Shown in pieces: positions 9,210 to 17,152 of a stretch of DNA of 45,917 nucleotides. Numbering within the stretch: position 1 is the first letter of the stretch; each line of letters opens with the position of its first letter. The stretch lies in sequence record MN840485.1; one strand, written 5' to 3'. The notes under the pieces were generated by a model, which made no database searches, was not told the origin of the DNA, and saw only the letters and a list, made by a program, of their open reading frames with translations. The translations under genes and the position numbers were made by a program. The DNA is from Escherichia phage 2725-N35.

Positions 9210-9404
9210 TTATTCCTTAACCTTAACCACTTTAACAGACTTCAAATCTTCTTCAGTGAAGTAACCAGTCAGCACATCTCGGGCTTCTTCTTTAGTCTCG
9301 AATCTGTCAGCCTCTTTCTTATCTGTTGTGTACCCAGCAGGTCCACCAAAGTAGCAGTCGCCGAACAGTGCGTTGTTTTTCTCTTTGATAATGTAGTAGG
9401 TCAT
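9210..9404 (-). CDS. Hypothetical small protein
   Basis: 64 aa ORF, first gene after divergent region A. Confidence 0.45.
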   Translation of the reverse strand: MTYYIIKEKNNALFGDCYFGGPAGYTTDKKEADRFETKEEARDVLTGYFTEEDLKSVKVVKVKE

Positions 9405-9424
9405 TTCTCTATCTCTATGGTTGT

Positions 9425-9480
9425 TTGCTTTCGATTGGTTAACTATATATTCGGCACCGTAGCCAGTCCAATTGGTTTTG
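9425..9480 (-). promoter_or_regulatory. Degenerate P-box promoter for the 9404-leftward operon
   Basis: Minus reading: ...GCAAAACCAATTGG, 22 nt, TATATAGTTAACCAATCGAAAGC leader. Confidence 0.4.
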
Positions 9481-9711
9481 CCAATCGTTGATTCAATTTT
9501 ACGCGTTAATCATTGTAATTCCGTGTAGGTATTGCCGCTAGTTACGTTTCTTGGCATCTCAGCCCAGCTATAGCTCAATGTAACTAGTGTGTATGTCGTG
9601 TATATCATTTATTGCTGAGGGTGCATTGGTATAGCAGCCGCGCAATACTGTATAAATCCACATGATATTAAAATTATAACCGGAACACTCTATAGAAGTG
9701 GTTACATGATA

Positions 9712-9775
9712 TACACAGTAATATATATAATAATAATAATAAGAGTAAAAGGTTGTTATATATAGATATTTTAAT
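9712..9775. repeat. AT-rich element with (TAA)n microsatellite, copy 1 (copy 2 at ~36306..36372)
   Basis: acacagtaatatatataataataataataagagtaaaaggttgttatatatagatatt; ~90% identical to copy 2. Confidence 0.8.
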
Positions 9776-9867
9776 GTAACTAATGCGTAAATTAGCGTAA
9801 CAGAGCGTATATCATTTTCCGCGGATGAGATTGTATACATCGAGTTACATCGGTTACGTGTATGCAA

Positions 9868-9935
9868 TAGCACGAATAGCTAAAGACATTCCGCACTGAC
9901 GGTTGTATTATTACTACATCGAAACGAAACAACTT
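9868..9935 (+). promoter_or_regulatory. P-box promoter for the lipoprotein/receptor-binding protein operon
   Basis: AATAGCACGAATAGCTAAAG, 23 nt, TATTAT, TACTACATCGAAACGAAAC leader. Confidence 0.55.
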
Positions 9936-9950
9936 AATAAGGAATACAAA

Positions 9951-10196
9951 ATGACTAACTTCATCAAATCAGCAATCATAGCGGCGGCAGTAATCATGAC
10001 GGTAGGTTGTTCTTCTGGTCCTCGACCTGATGGGTGGTGTGCAACACAAGCAAACGGCGTGTGCGTAGCTAAGTGGAAAGGCGGTGTAGTTGTTCCGGCT
10101 GGTGATGTTGATATTCGCTACGCTGGCATTGAAAGCAAATCTGGCGGCGGTTACGGCGGTTCTGTTGCAGATCACGGCAGTAAGGAGTGGAAATAA
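9951..10196 (+). CDS. Small lipoprotein; candidate superinfection-exclusion factor
   Basis: Signal peptide with lipobox (...IMTVGC SSG); SD AAGGA; track ORF trimmed to this ATG. Confidence 0.6.
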   Translation: MTNFIKSAIIAAAVIMTVGCSSGPRPDGWCATQANGVCVAKWKGGVVVPAGDVDIRYAGIESKSGGGYGGSVADHGSKEWK

Positions 10197-11158
10197 TGCC
10201 GCAGGGTATATTGATTGACCTCAATGACGGAAGACCAGCGATGGAAATCACGGCAGGATTAAGGGCACCTGCTGTGACTGGATCAATAAATACCAATGGA
10301 CTTTCAACCCCAGCAATCTCGTGGGATTTTGGATTGACAATGTCTCCTGGCTCTACGGCTTTCTGCCTACCAACGAAGGCAGTCCACGTTGACGCTTACG
10401 ATGTTATACCCGAAGTTTATTACATGAACGGGTTTCAAAAGGTAAATGACGGAACTGGCAGGATAACTCTCAGCAACTTCAATGGTGCTAATGGTCGAAT
10501 AATTGACTTTGCTGGTAATTGCTTTGAGATACTACCGGCTTCACCCTCATCAAGTCCTGGAATACTTGTTGAGAACTCAACTGATTTCCTTGCTATATCA
10601 AGCAACTCGCGTCTAATGTCTGCGGCCTGGGTTGGTGGCATACAGGTTAACGGTGCAGCATCGCTACCAGTTAGCGGAATACCATTCGGCAAGTGGGATA
10701 ATCCAAACGTATCACTTGAATCAGATGGATCAACAATATGGTGTAGGGATATAACCTACGGAGGTACAGATGATGTTGCGGCAAGTACCCATGTTCAGCT
10801 GGTGATATTCAGGAATGAACCACCACCAGCAGGGCCCGGGCTCACAATGTCAAATAGTTCTGGTCAGATTGTTTTTTCAAGTGTTCGCCGCCCATTCGTT
10901 CTTGGTGGATTTATACAAATAAGCAATGGATATCAGTCAATAAATGGTGGTTTCTTCCCGCTGCTTAGGTGCGGCGCTACGACTAGAGTTACCGGAGGGT
11001 ATAACAACTTACGATACAAGGGTGTTTGCATGTCTGGAGGCTCCGTTAGGGCTGTTCCTGGATCTGTAATAGGTAACTACTCAACTCAGACAGGCGCTCA
11101 GTTTCCTTTCGACACGAACATATCAATGGCACTTCCATTTATCCCAAACTTCTACTAA
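10196..11158 (+). CDS. Putative receptor-binding or distal tail protein
   Basis: 321 aa; ATG overlaps the lipoprotein stop (TAATG); convergent on the J-like gene. Function inferred from context only. Confidence 0.4.
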   Translation: MPQGILIDLNDGRPAMEITAGLRAPAVTGSINTNGLSTPAISWDFGLTMSPGSTAFCLPTKAVHVDAYDVIPEVYYMNGFQKVNDGTGRITLSNFNGANGRIIDFAGNCFEILPASPSSSPGILVENSTDFLAISSNSRLMSAAWVGGIQVNGAASLPVSGIPFGKWDNPNVSLESDGSTIWCRDITYGGTDDVAASTHVQLVIFRNEPPPAGPGLTMSNSSGQIVFSSVRRPFVLGGFIQISNGYQSINGGFFPLLRCGATTRVTGGYNNLRYKGVCMSGGSVRAVPGSVIGNYSTQTGAQFPFDTNISMALPFIPNFY

Positions 11159-11159
11159 A

Positions 11160-11189
11160 AGAAAAGCCCCAATTAAGGGGCTTTATTTA
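11160..11189. terminator. Bidirectional terminator between the putative receptor-binding protein gene and the J-like gene
   Basis: GCCCC-aattaa-GGGGC flanked by T-runs on both strands. Confidence 0.75.
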
Positions 11190-14100
11190 TTACCACACTC
11201 CAACTACCACTCTTCCTCCGTTCGGTAAGTTTACAGTGATTCCGTTATTGTTAATCTGAACCGTGTTATTGGTTCCGTTAAAAGCAAAGTTACCATTGTT
11301 AGCGTAAAGATTGCCCCTTACAGTTGTGTTATTGAACTCTGACGCACCACTTTTCAGTATCGCCCATCCCTGAGAGCCTGCTACATAATCATTTGATGAA
11401 ATTATATTACCAATCTTAGCGTTAGTAATTGAGCCATCGCCGATTACTGCGCTTTGGATGATTACGTTTCCGTTCTCGACAACGAAGGGGAGCTGCCACT
11501 GACCGGAACCAGAACCAATGCCGTTACTGATTGCGAATCTGTTTGCGTCAAAGATGAACTGACTGCGAACATTCCCACCAGTACCAACAAGTTCCATACT
11601 CATGCCTGATGAATAAGTCTGTCCATTGTATTTCAGGCCAAGACTAATTCCGTACTGTACACCAGTTGACGTGGCATTAGAGAAAGCATCCAGCTTCTGG
11701 TTTAGAGCTGCCTCGTTATTACCAACCCTTGCGCTCAAAGCCGTGTCGGCTGTCGCTCTTGCCTCTGTCTCTGTGGCTAGCGCTGTTTCAATTGTTGTAA
11801 TCTGACCAACAACCTCATCATCAATCTGCGCTTTAAGCTGCGTAAGAGCCTCTACACGCGCCTGAGTTTCATCAGCTATGAGATTAACAGCCTGAACATA
11901 TTCAGCCTTACGCTTACCGTTCTCCTTGGTCATGCGGCGAACATCGGCATCATTAGCTAATGAATTCTCAAGAATTGACTCTGCCTGATTCTGAATATCC
12001 TGGTTCTTTTGAATCGCATTCTGCTCTAGGTATTTAAAACCATCCGAGCCTTCAATATCAACCTTGATATAATCGTTGATGATGTTGGCGTCGTCAGTAC
12101 TCATTCCTCTTGCGAAGGCAGACCAATCAGACGTATTTCCGATTCTGTCGATCAATCTTGCGCGATACCAAATCACCTTGCCTGGCTGAATTGGCGTGTG
12201 CCAGTACTCATAGGCTGGATAAGGCAGTAACGTCAGTAAGCTTGCGTTATCAGGATTGTAAGTGCCGTCACCATTATCAGGGACCTGCTGAAGTTCAGTG
12301 TAAGCAGTGTCACCAGAACCCTCAGGGAAACCCCACTTAACACGGATGCCAAATACCTCATCTGTTGATGCCGTGATAACAGTAGGTGCCGATGGACGAC
12401 CAATCTTGCCAGTTAGCGATACGGTTACAATGCCAGACCAGGCAGACACGTTTTCAGTATCTGATACGCTGCGAACCCTAACGTCATAGATTCCTGCGTA
12501 AATACCTTCAATATCAACTTCTGTGCTAGCTGTTCTTGGTACGTTAATCCAGTTACCATTTTCTTTCCTCCATTGAACATTATATGTTTTAGCGTATGGC
12601 GCCTTATCCCATCCTATAACCATCGTCTCAACTGACAACCCTTGAACAACCTTACTGTAGCTTGATACGGTCAGGTTTTCTGGTGGCGATAGTCTGTCAG
12701 GCTCAACAATTGAAGTCGGGCGGTCAACAATGTTAACGCCGTAGTCAATCTCATCATACTTGTTCGGGTCATACTCTACTGCGGTAATTGTATACTGGAA
12801 TGAATCCGAACCGTCAGAATCTGCTTTTTGAATCCCGGTCACAACGTATTGCTGAAGAGCAAGATTATCCTTATCGATTGCGAATACAGTGTCAGGCTGA
12901 GCTAAAAAACTGAAAGCAGTGTTAAGGTTGATTGTTCTTCCATCCTCCGAAACGCTGGCAATAGTTCTTGCCTCTGGACTTCCGTCTGGCTTGTTCAGAA
13001 GAATTCTGTCACCAGGCGCTGCGTCAACTTTAAAAGGGGTAAAAACCTGCAACCCCTGAACTGACTCAATACGACCGGAAAGGTTTAACTGATAGTTGCT
13101 AGACCATGCGGCGTCATTGACCGCAATTACCTCGCCAATCATCGGAATCATACCTTCCAACCCTGTAGTGAAGCTGATAGTTTCGCTTCTCAGGTTTGTT
13201 TTCAGGAGCCATCTGCCACGTCTGTTTGCTTCACTTCTGCGAGTGCATCCAATCGCAGTTAAATCTACAGGGTTAAATCCAAAACGACGAGTTGCCTCTA
13301 ATTCAAATACCGGCTCAACATCCTGTTGATAGTTGTTCTCTACATCATCAAACTGGACGTTTGCCGTGGTGTAAAGGCTTTTATCACTGGCAAAGGTTCG
13401 ACTGAACAATCCGTTTACAACGTTATCATTGGTGAAGATGTAAGATGGGTTGCGAGGCTTATCAACCACGATACCAATCTTTTCACCGTCATAGAAAGTC
13501 AGACCACGGAAGATTGAGCAGATATCACGAATTAGCGTGTAGGCCTCAACCTTGTTTTGCACAACCATATCGCAAAGGTAACGCGGCTCTAAACCACCCT
13601 TACCATCCGGAACCATCTGGTCACAGAATTGCGCGGCTTCATACAAGCCCCATTTATCAATCTCTACACCCAACTCTCGCTGGTCAAGCCCATAGCGTCG
13701 GTTTGTCACCAGGTCATAGAGAACCCATGCCGGGTTATTCGACCATGCCATCTTGAATAAGCCATTCCATGTCCCGCTGTAAGTCCTTGTCTCCGTGTCG
13801 TAGTTTGTCGGTACCTGAATTAGCTTCCAACGCTTCTTTATTGAGATTGTCGGGATGCCGTTAGGGAACAAGTCAGAACCAAACTCAACATAGACCAGAG
13901 CCGTAAGCGGGTAGCGGAATTTGGCGTCGATTACTTCCTGATAGGTTGTAATCTGCATACCATTGACCAGCGTACTGCTTGTTGAATCGGGTGTAATCTT
14001 GCGGATTCGAACCAGTGCGCTATCAAATTCAGCCGGAAGGTTCACGCGAATGCTGCGGTCATAACCTGTAGTTGTCTTGCCGTTAGCAACTCCGCGAGTG

Positions 14101-14615
14101 TATTCCTGATATGCTCCACCATTAACAGACAGGTCAATTGCGTACTCACAAGTTGTTCCGTTCAGGTCTCCATTGCTTTCTTGCTTAACCAGTCTAGGCC
14201 AATATAGCTTTACACGAATCGCTGATAGCTGAGTATTGTTAACCGCAATGATGTACGGGGTATCGTTCTTGATTTCTCTGGATGCCTGAATCTCTGAGTT
14301 AGCACCGTCAAGCCCGGCGATATAATCCTGATACTGCGTGCCGGCACGGAACTCAGCGCGAACACCTTCGTAGTTGTAGCTACCATCCTGGTTTTGCACC
14401 GGAACGTCGGCAAGGTATAAATCTTTCATTGAGAAATTGGGGTCAACCTCACCATCAGCAACCGCCAAAAGAACCTTAACCTTGTTTAGTGAAATGAGGT
14501 TATCTTCCTGCTCCACTGGTTGATGCTGCTTCTGGCTACCACCTTTAGCACCATAAATCTTAATATCTTCAGCCATATCACAAAGCCTCATGTTTGTTTT
14601 GATCATTTGTGCCAT
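11190..14615 (-). CDS. Tail tip/central fibre protein, lambda gpJ-like (host specificity protein)
   Basis: 1141 aa; conserved gpJ region 'YPLTALVYVEFGSD...IQVPTNYDTETRTYSGTWNGLFK..AWSNNPAWVLYDL'. Confidence 0.9.
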   Translation of the reverse strand: MAQMIKTNMRLCDMAEDIKIYGAKGGSQKQHQPVEQEDNLISLNKVKVLLAVADGEVDPNFSMKDLYLADVPVQNQDGSYNYEGVRAEFRAGTQYQDYIAGLDGANSEIQASREIKNDTPYIIAVNNTQLSAIRVKLYWPRLVKQESNGDLNGTTCEYAIDLSVNGGAYQEYTRGVANGKTTTGYDRSIRVNLPAEFDSALVRIRKITPDSTSSTLVNGMQITTYQEVIDAKFRYPLTALVYVEFGSDLFPNGIPTISIKKRWKLIQVPTNYDTETRTYSGTWNGLFKMAWSNNPAWVLYDLVTNRRYGLDQRELGVEIDKWGLYEAAQFCDQMVPDGKGGLEPRYLCDMVVQNKVEAYTLIRDICSIFRGLTFYDGEKIGIVVDKPRNPSYIFTNDNVVNGLFSRTFASDKSLYTTANVQFDDVENNYQQDVEPVFELEATRRFGFNPVDLTAIGCTRRSEANRRGRWLLKTNLRSETISFTTGLEGMIPMIGEVIAVNDAAWSSNYQLNLSGRIESVQGLQVFTPFKVDAAPGDRILLNKPDGSPEARTIASVSEDGRTINLNTAFSFLAQPDTVFAIDKDNLALQQYVVTGIQKADSDGSDSFQYTITAVEYDPNKYDEIDYGVNIVDRPTSIVEPDRLSPPENLTVSSYSKVVQGLSVETMVIGWDKAPYAKTYNVQWRKENGNWINVPRTASTEVDIEGIYAGIYDVRVRSVSDTENVSAWSGIVTVSLTGKIGRPSAPTVITASTDEVFGIRVKWGFPEGSGDTAYTELQQVPDNGDGTYNPDNASLLTLLPYPAYEYWHTPIQPGKVIWYRARLIDRIGNTSDWSAFARGMSTDDANIINDYIKVDIEGSDGFKYLEQNAIQKNQDIQNQAESILENSLANDADVRRMTKENGKRKAEYVQAVNLIADETQARVEALTQLKAQIDDEVVGQITTIETALATETEARATADTALSARVGNNEAALNQKLDAFSNATSTGVQYGISLGLKYNGQTYSSGMSMELVGTGGNVRSQFIFDANRFAISNGIGSGSGQWQLPFVVENGNVIIQSAVIGDGSITNAKIGNIISSNDYVAGSQGWAILKSGASEFNNTTVRGNLYANNGNFAFNGTNNTVQINNNGITVNLPNGGRVVVGVW

Positions 14616-14623
14616 TCTACACT

Positions 14624-14649
14624 AAATAAAAAACCCGCACTAGGCGGGT
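14624..14649 (-). terminator. Intra-operon hairpin with T-run between the I-like and J-like genes
   Basis: ACCCGC-ctagt-GCGGGT then T6AT3 on the minus strand. Confidence 0.5.
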
Positions 14650-14656
14650 ATGATAT

Positions 14657-15229
14657 TTAAGCAATGTCTTCACTATATGAACCCGCACTAAACACAGAAC
14701 CGCCAACCGTTCGATATCCATACGGAAGACAAACTGGATAACCAGCAGCTACAGTGTTCACAGCCGAGCCAAATGCATATGACGCCCTGTTACTTGTCTG
14801 GTTGCTCTGGTCTTTCAATCCAGTAGCTTGAGGTGATAGCAACTGAGCTACGCCGCCAGCAGCAAGAGAGATACCTGCACCAACAAGGTAGTATTGCTGG
14901 AATACAACACCAACAACGATTAGTGCGGCACCAAGTATTGTCTGAAATAACCCTCCAGACTTACGACCTTGTGGAATTGGCAAGATGCGTATCTCCTGAA
15001 CGGCACTAAAATCAGCAATTCGATGCTCGTTCACATTTTTACCATCCACAAAAATAGCATATCTTGTGTTTTGCCCTACATGGCTATTCATGAACTCTTT
15101 GAAGGATGGAATCTGAGAACAAAGCGCTCGCATTGCTTCTGGCACGCTACTCACTGCCATTTGGTGAACCTTGCCAAACCTCCTACCTAGAGACAGGCCT
15201 AACTTAATATCAATCAGTTTCTGGGTCAT
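14657..15229 (-). CDS. Tail assembly protein, lambda gpI-like
   Basis: 190 aa, position between K-like and J-like genes, hydrophobic G/A-rich segment. Confidence 0.65.
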   Translation of the reverse strand: MTQKLIDIKLGLSLGRRFGKVHQMAVSSVPEAMRALCSQIPSFKEFMNSHVGQNTRYAIFVDGKNVNEHRIADFSAVQEIRILPIPQGRKSGGLFQTILGAALIVVGVVFQQYYLVGAGISLAAGGVAQLLSPQATGLKDQSNQTSNRASYAFGSAVNTVAAGYPVCLPYGYRTVGGSVFSAGSYSEDIA

Positions 15230-15968
15230 AACTTACATCCTCTGGTAAATCCTTATGGCGAACAATTCGCACTGTTCTTTCGCGCCAGTAATCGGAGTAG
15301 ATATCAATGGAACTCATTTTACCATAAAGATGGTGAATGAATCTGTTGTTGCCAATGTAGATTCCTGCGTGGTTTGTCACCTCACTTTGCACCTGCATCA
15401 TAATCATTGAGCCAATAGGAATATCCGAATTTTTTACCAGCTCAAAGCCTTCCTTGATCCAGTTGTCGTCATAGATATTTTCGCTGTACTTCTTCTCCCA
15501 CCATGGGTAATTAACGCGATAGTCATTCAGTTTGACTCCGTATTTCTTGTGGAATGCCATTACCAGCCCCCAGCAATCGAAGCTACCCAACCCCCATGGT
15601 CGACCAATCAGTGGCATGGTTGATGGCTCAAGAATCCGCATGTCTCCCTCCGGGATACTTACGATAACGTAAGGAATCTCGCATTCATTACAGCTGCAAA
15701 TATCCGCAGGACTGGGCCTTGTTGTCGCTCCGTCACCAGTGTGAGAGTGGACTACGTAAACAATAGATTCATTGTGAGCCAATTCAAAGAGAACATCTGC
15801 ATACTCATTTGAGTCAAGCAGGAATTCATTCTCCGGGTCTTTGCTTGCGTTTGTTATCCTGTGATACTTCTGCGCCCTACCCTTCTGCGTGACAACTCCA
15901 CAGCACTCATGCGGGTAAACTTCCTTTGCGTGCTGGAAGATTTCCAGTTTAACTTTTGGTGTTAACAT
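15210..15968 (-). CDS. Tail tip protein, lambda gpK-like (MPN/JAB + NlpC/P60 domains)
   Basis: 'VVHSHTGDG' JAMM-like motif, Cys/His peptidase-like C-terminal half; conserved position. Confidence 0.8.
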   Translation of the reverse strand: MLTPKVKLEIFQHAKEVYPHECCGVVTQKGRAQKYHRITNASKDPENEFLLDSNEYADVLFELAHNESIVYVVHSHTGDGATTRPSPADICSCNECEIPYVIVSIPEGDMRILEPSTMPLIGRPWGLGSFDCWGLVMAFHKKYGVKLNDYRVNYPWWEKKYSENIYDDNWIKEGFELVKNSDIPIGSMIMMQVQSEVTNHAGIYIGNNRFIHHLYGKMSSIDIYSDYWRERTVRIVRHKDLPEDVSYDPETD

Positions 15969-15977
15969 TGTTCCCCC

Positions 15978-16733
15978 TTAGCTCTGATTCGCTTTAGCTT
16001 GAAGGCTTGCTGCTGCGCATCCACCAAATGAAAGCTGGTTATTCTCTCCAAATCTAATCTTACAGCTATTAACTGTTCCGGCGCAGAAATCTAGAGACGG
16101 ATCACTGACCGGGTTGTCGTCTTTGTCAAAATAACGATTGCCAGCGTAGTCGCATCCATTACCGCTGCGATACCAACCCCTAGAAGCCCAATAGCAAACA
16201 GACTGAACAAGTCTTGCGGGGATATAAATACCATCCATATCCATCGGGCTGCTTAGCTCAAACGATGCGGTCTTGTAGTCAACCTGCTTCGGTCGCTCAA
16301 TAAAGTAAACGAATCTGCGATAGTCACCGTCAGCAATGCTTCCATCCTCATTGATGTTATCGCGCGTAGTAATCCAGATTGTAACCTTAGCTTTAACAAG
16401 TCCGTTGTATGTTCGGATTAACGCACTAATACGCTGGTCAACGTTTGATACCGTTAATGTAACCTTATTGGCCTTTCCGTCAGAAGTCATATTTATGCCA
16501 GAGATTCCAAATGGTCTAGGCCCGTACTCTTCACCACGAAATGTGATGGTTTTCTCTGGTAGTGGCTCGCCATTCATTTGAGCCAGCATGATTTCTTCTG
16601 GAGTGTATGAGATGTTCTCATTGTGGAACGAATAAACGAGACCCCCGAAGGACGTGCCGTCAACCTGGATTAGTGTCACAATCTCACCAGGGAAAAGGCT
16701 TTGCAACTGATTTTCAAACTTTGGACTTAACAT
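15978..16733 (-). CDS. Minor tail protein, lambda gpL-like
   Basis: Position and size; C-terminal Cys cluster; start set at ATG with GGAG SD (track uses upstream TTG at 16748). Confidence 0.65.
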   Translation of the reverse strand: MLSPKFENQLQSLFPGEIVTLIQVDGTSFGGLVYSFHNENISYTPEEIMLAQMNGEPLPEKTITFRGEEYGPRPFGISGINMTSDGKANKVTLTVSNVDQRISALIRTYNGLVKAKVTIWITTRDNINEDGSIADGDYRRFVYFIERPKQVDYKTASFELSSPMDMDGIYIPARLVQSVCYWASRGWYRSGNGCDYAGNRYFDKDDNPVSDPSLDFCAGTVNSCKIRFGENNQLSFGGCAAASLQAKANQS

Positions 16734-16750
16734 ATATTTCTCCAACAAAA

Positions 16751-16767
16751 AGCCCCATATAGGGGCT
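16751..16767 (-). terminator. Intra-operon hairpin with T-run between the M-like and L-like genes
   Basis: GCCCC-tatat-GGGGC then TTTTTGTT. Confidence 0.45.
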
Positions 16768-16771
16768 TAGT

Positions 16772-17122
16772 TTAACGCATTGAGCTAAAAACTTCTACGA
16801 ATTGCATGTTTACAGTCTGAACTTCGCTACTAATTGGTGTAACTGAAATGCTATCCTGCTGAATAACAAACATAGAAGTATCACCTTGCGGTGTTTTCCA
16901 GAAGAATGGTGTGATGATGTGATTGAAGCAGAAATCCATAACCTCACGCCAGTCCTTGTTTGTATAGGTCATCTGGTAGCTGCGCTTATTACTGCGGTAG
17001 CCCCCTGTTCCTCTTTGCTCAAAACCATTGCCAAAGCTAACAATACGAACATTGTTTGTATTGGAAAATGCAGCTCCACCATTCTGGATTTGTGTACACC
17101 ATGTAAAATTATCTATTGCCAT
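16772..17122 (-). CDS. Minor tail protein, lambda gpM-like
   Basis: 116 aa, immediately downstream of the tape measure gene. Confidence 0.6.
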   Translation of the reverse strand: MAIDNFTWCTQIQNGGAAFSNTNNVRIVSFGNGFEQRGTGGYRSNKRSYQMTYTNKDWREVMDFCFNHIITPFFWKTPQGDTSMFVIQQDSISVTPISSEVQTVNMQFVEVFSSMR

Positions 17123-17133
17123 AAAAATCCTTA

Positions 17134-17147
17134 GGGGCCGAAGCCCC
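17134..17147 (-). terminator. Intra-operon hairpin between the tape measure and M-like genes
   Basis: GGGGC-ttcg-GCCCC followed by taaggattttt and ATG. Confidence 0.4.
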
Positions 17148-17152
17148 GTTAA

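Noticed and set aside
9568-9873. Track ORF with YYYYYIYY run across region A
   Set aside because: Translation of the AT-rich (TAA)n repeat; no RBS; lies in a promoter/control region. The same applies to 36093..36440 and 36096..36326 in region B.
10187-10195. GTG start proposed by the track for the 10187..11158 ORF
   Set aside because: The ATG at 10196 is coupled to the lipoprotein stop and correctly spaced from the AAGGAG SD; the GTG overlaps the SD.
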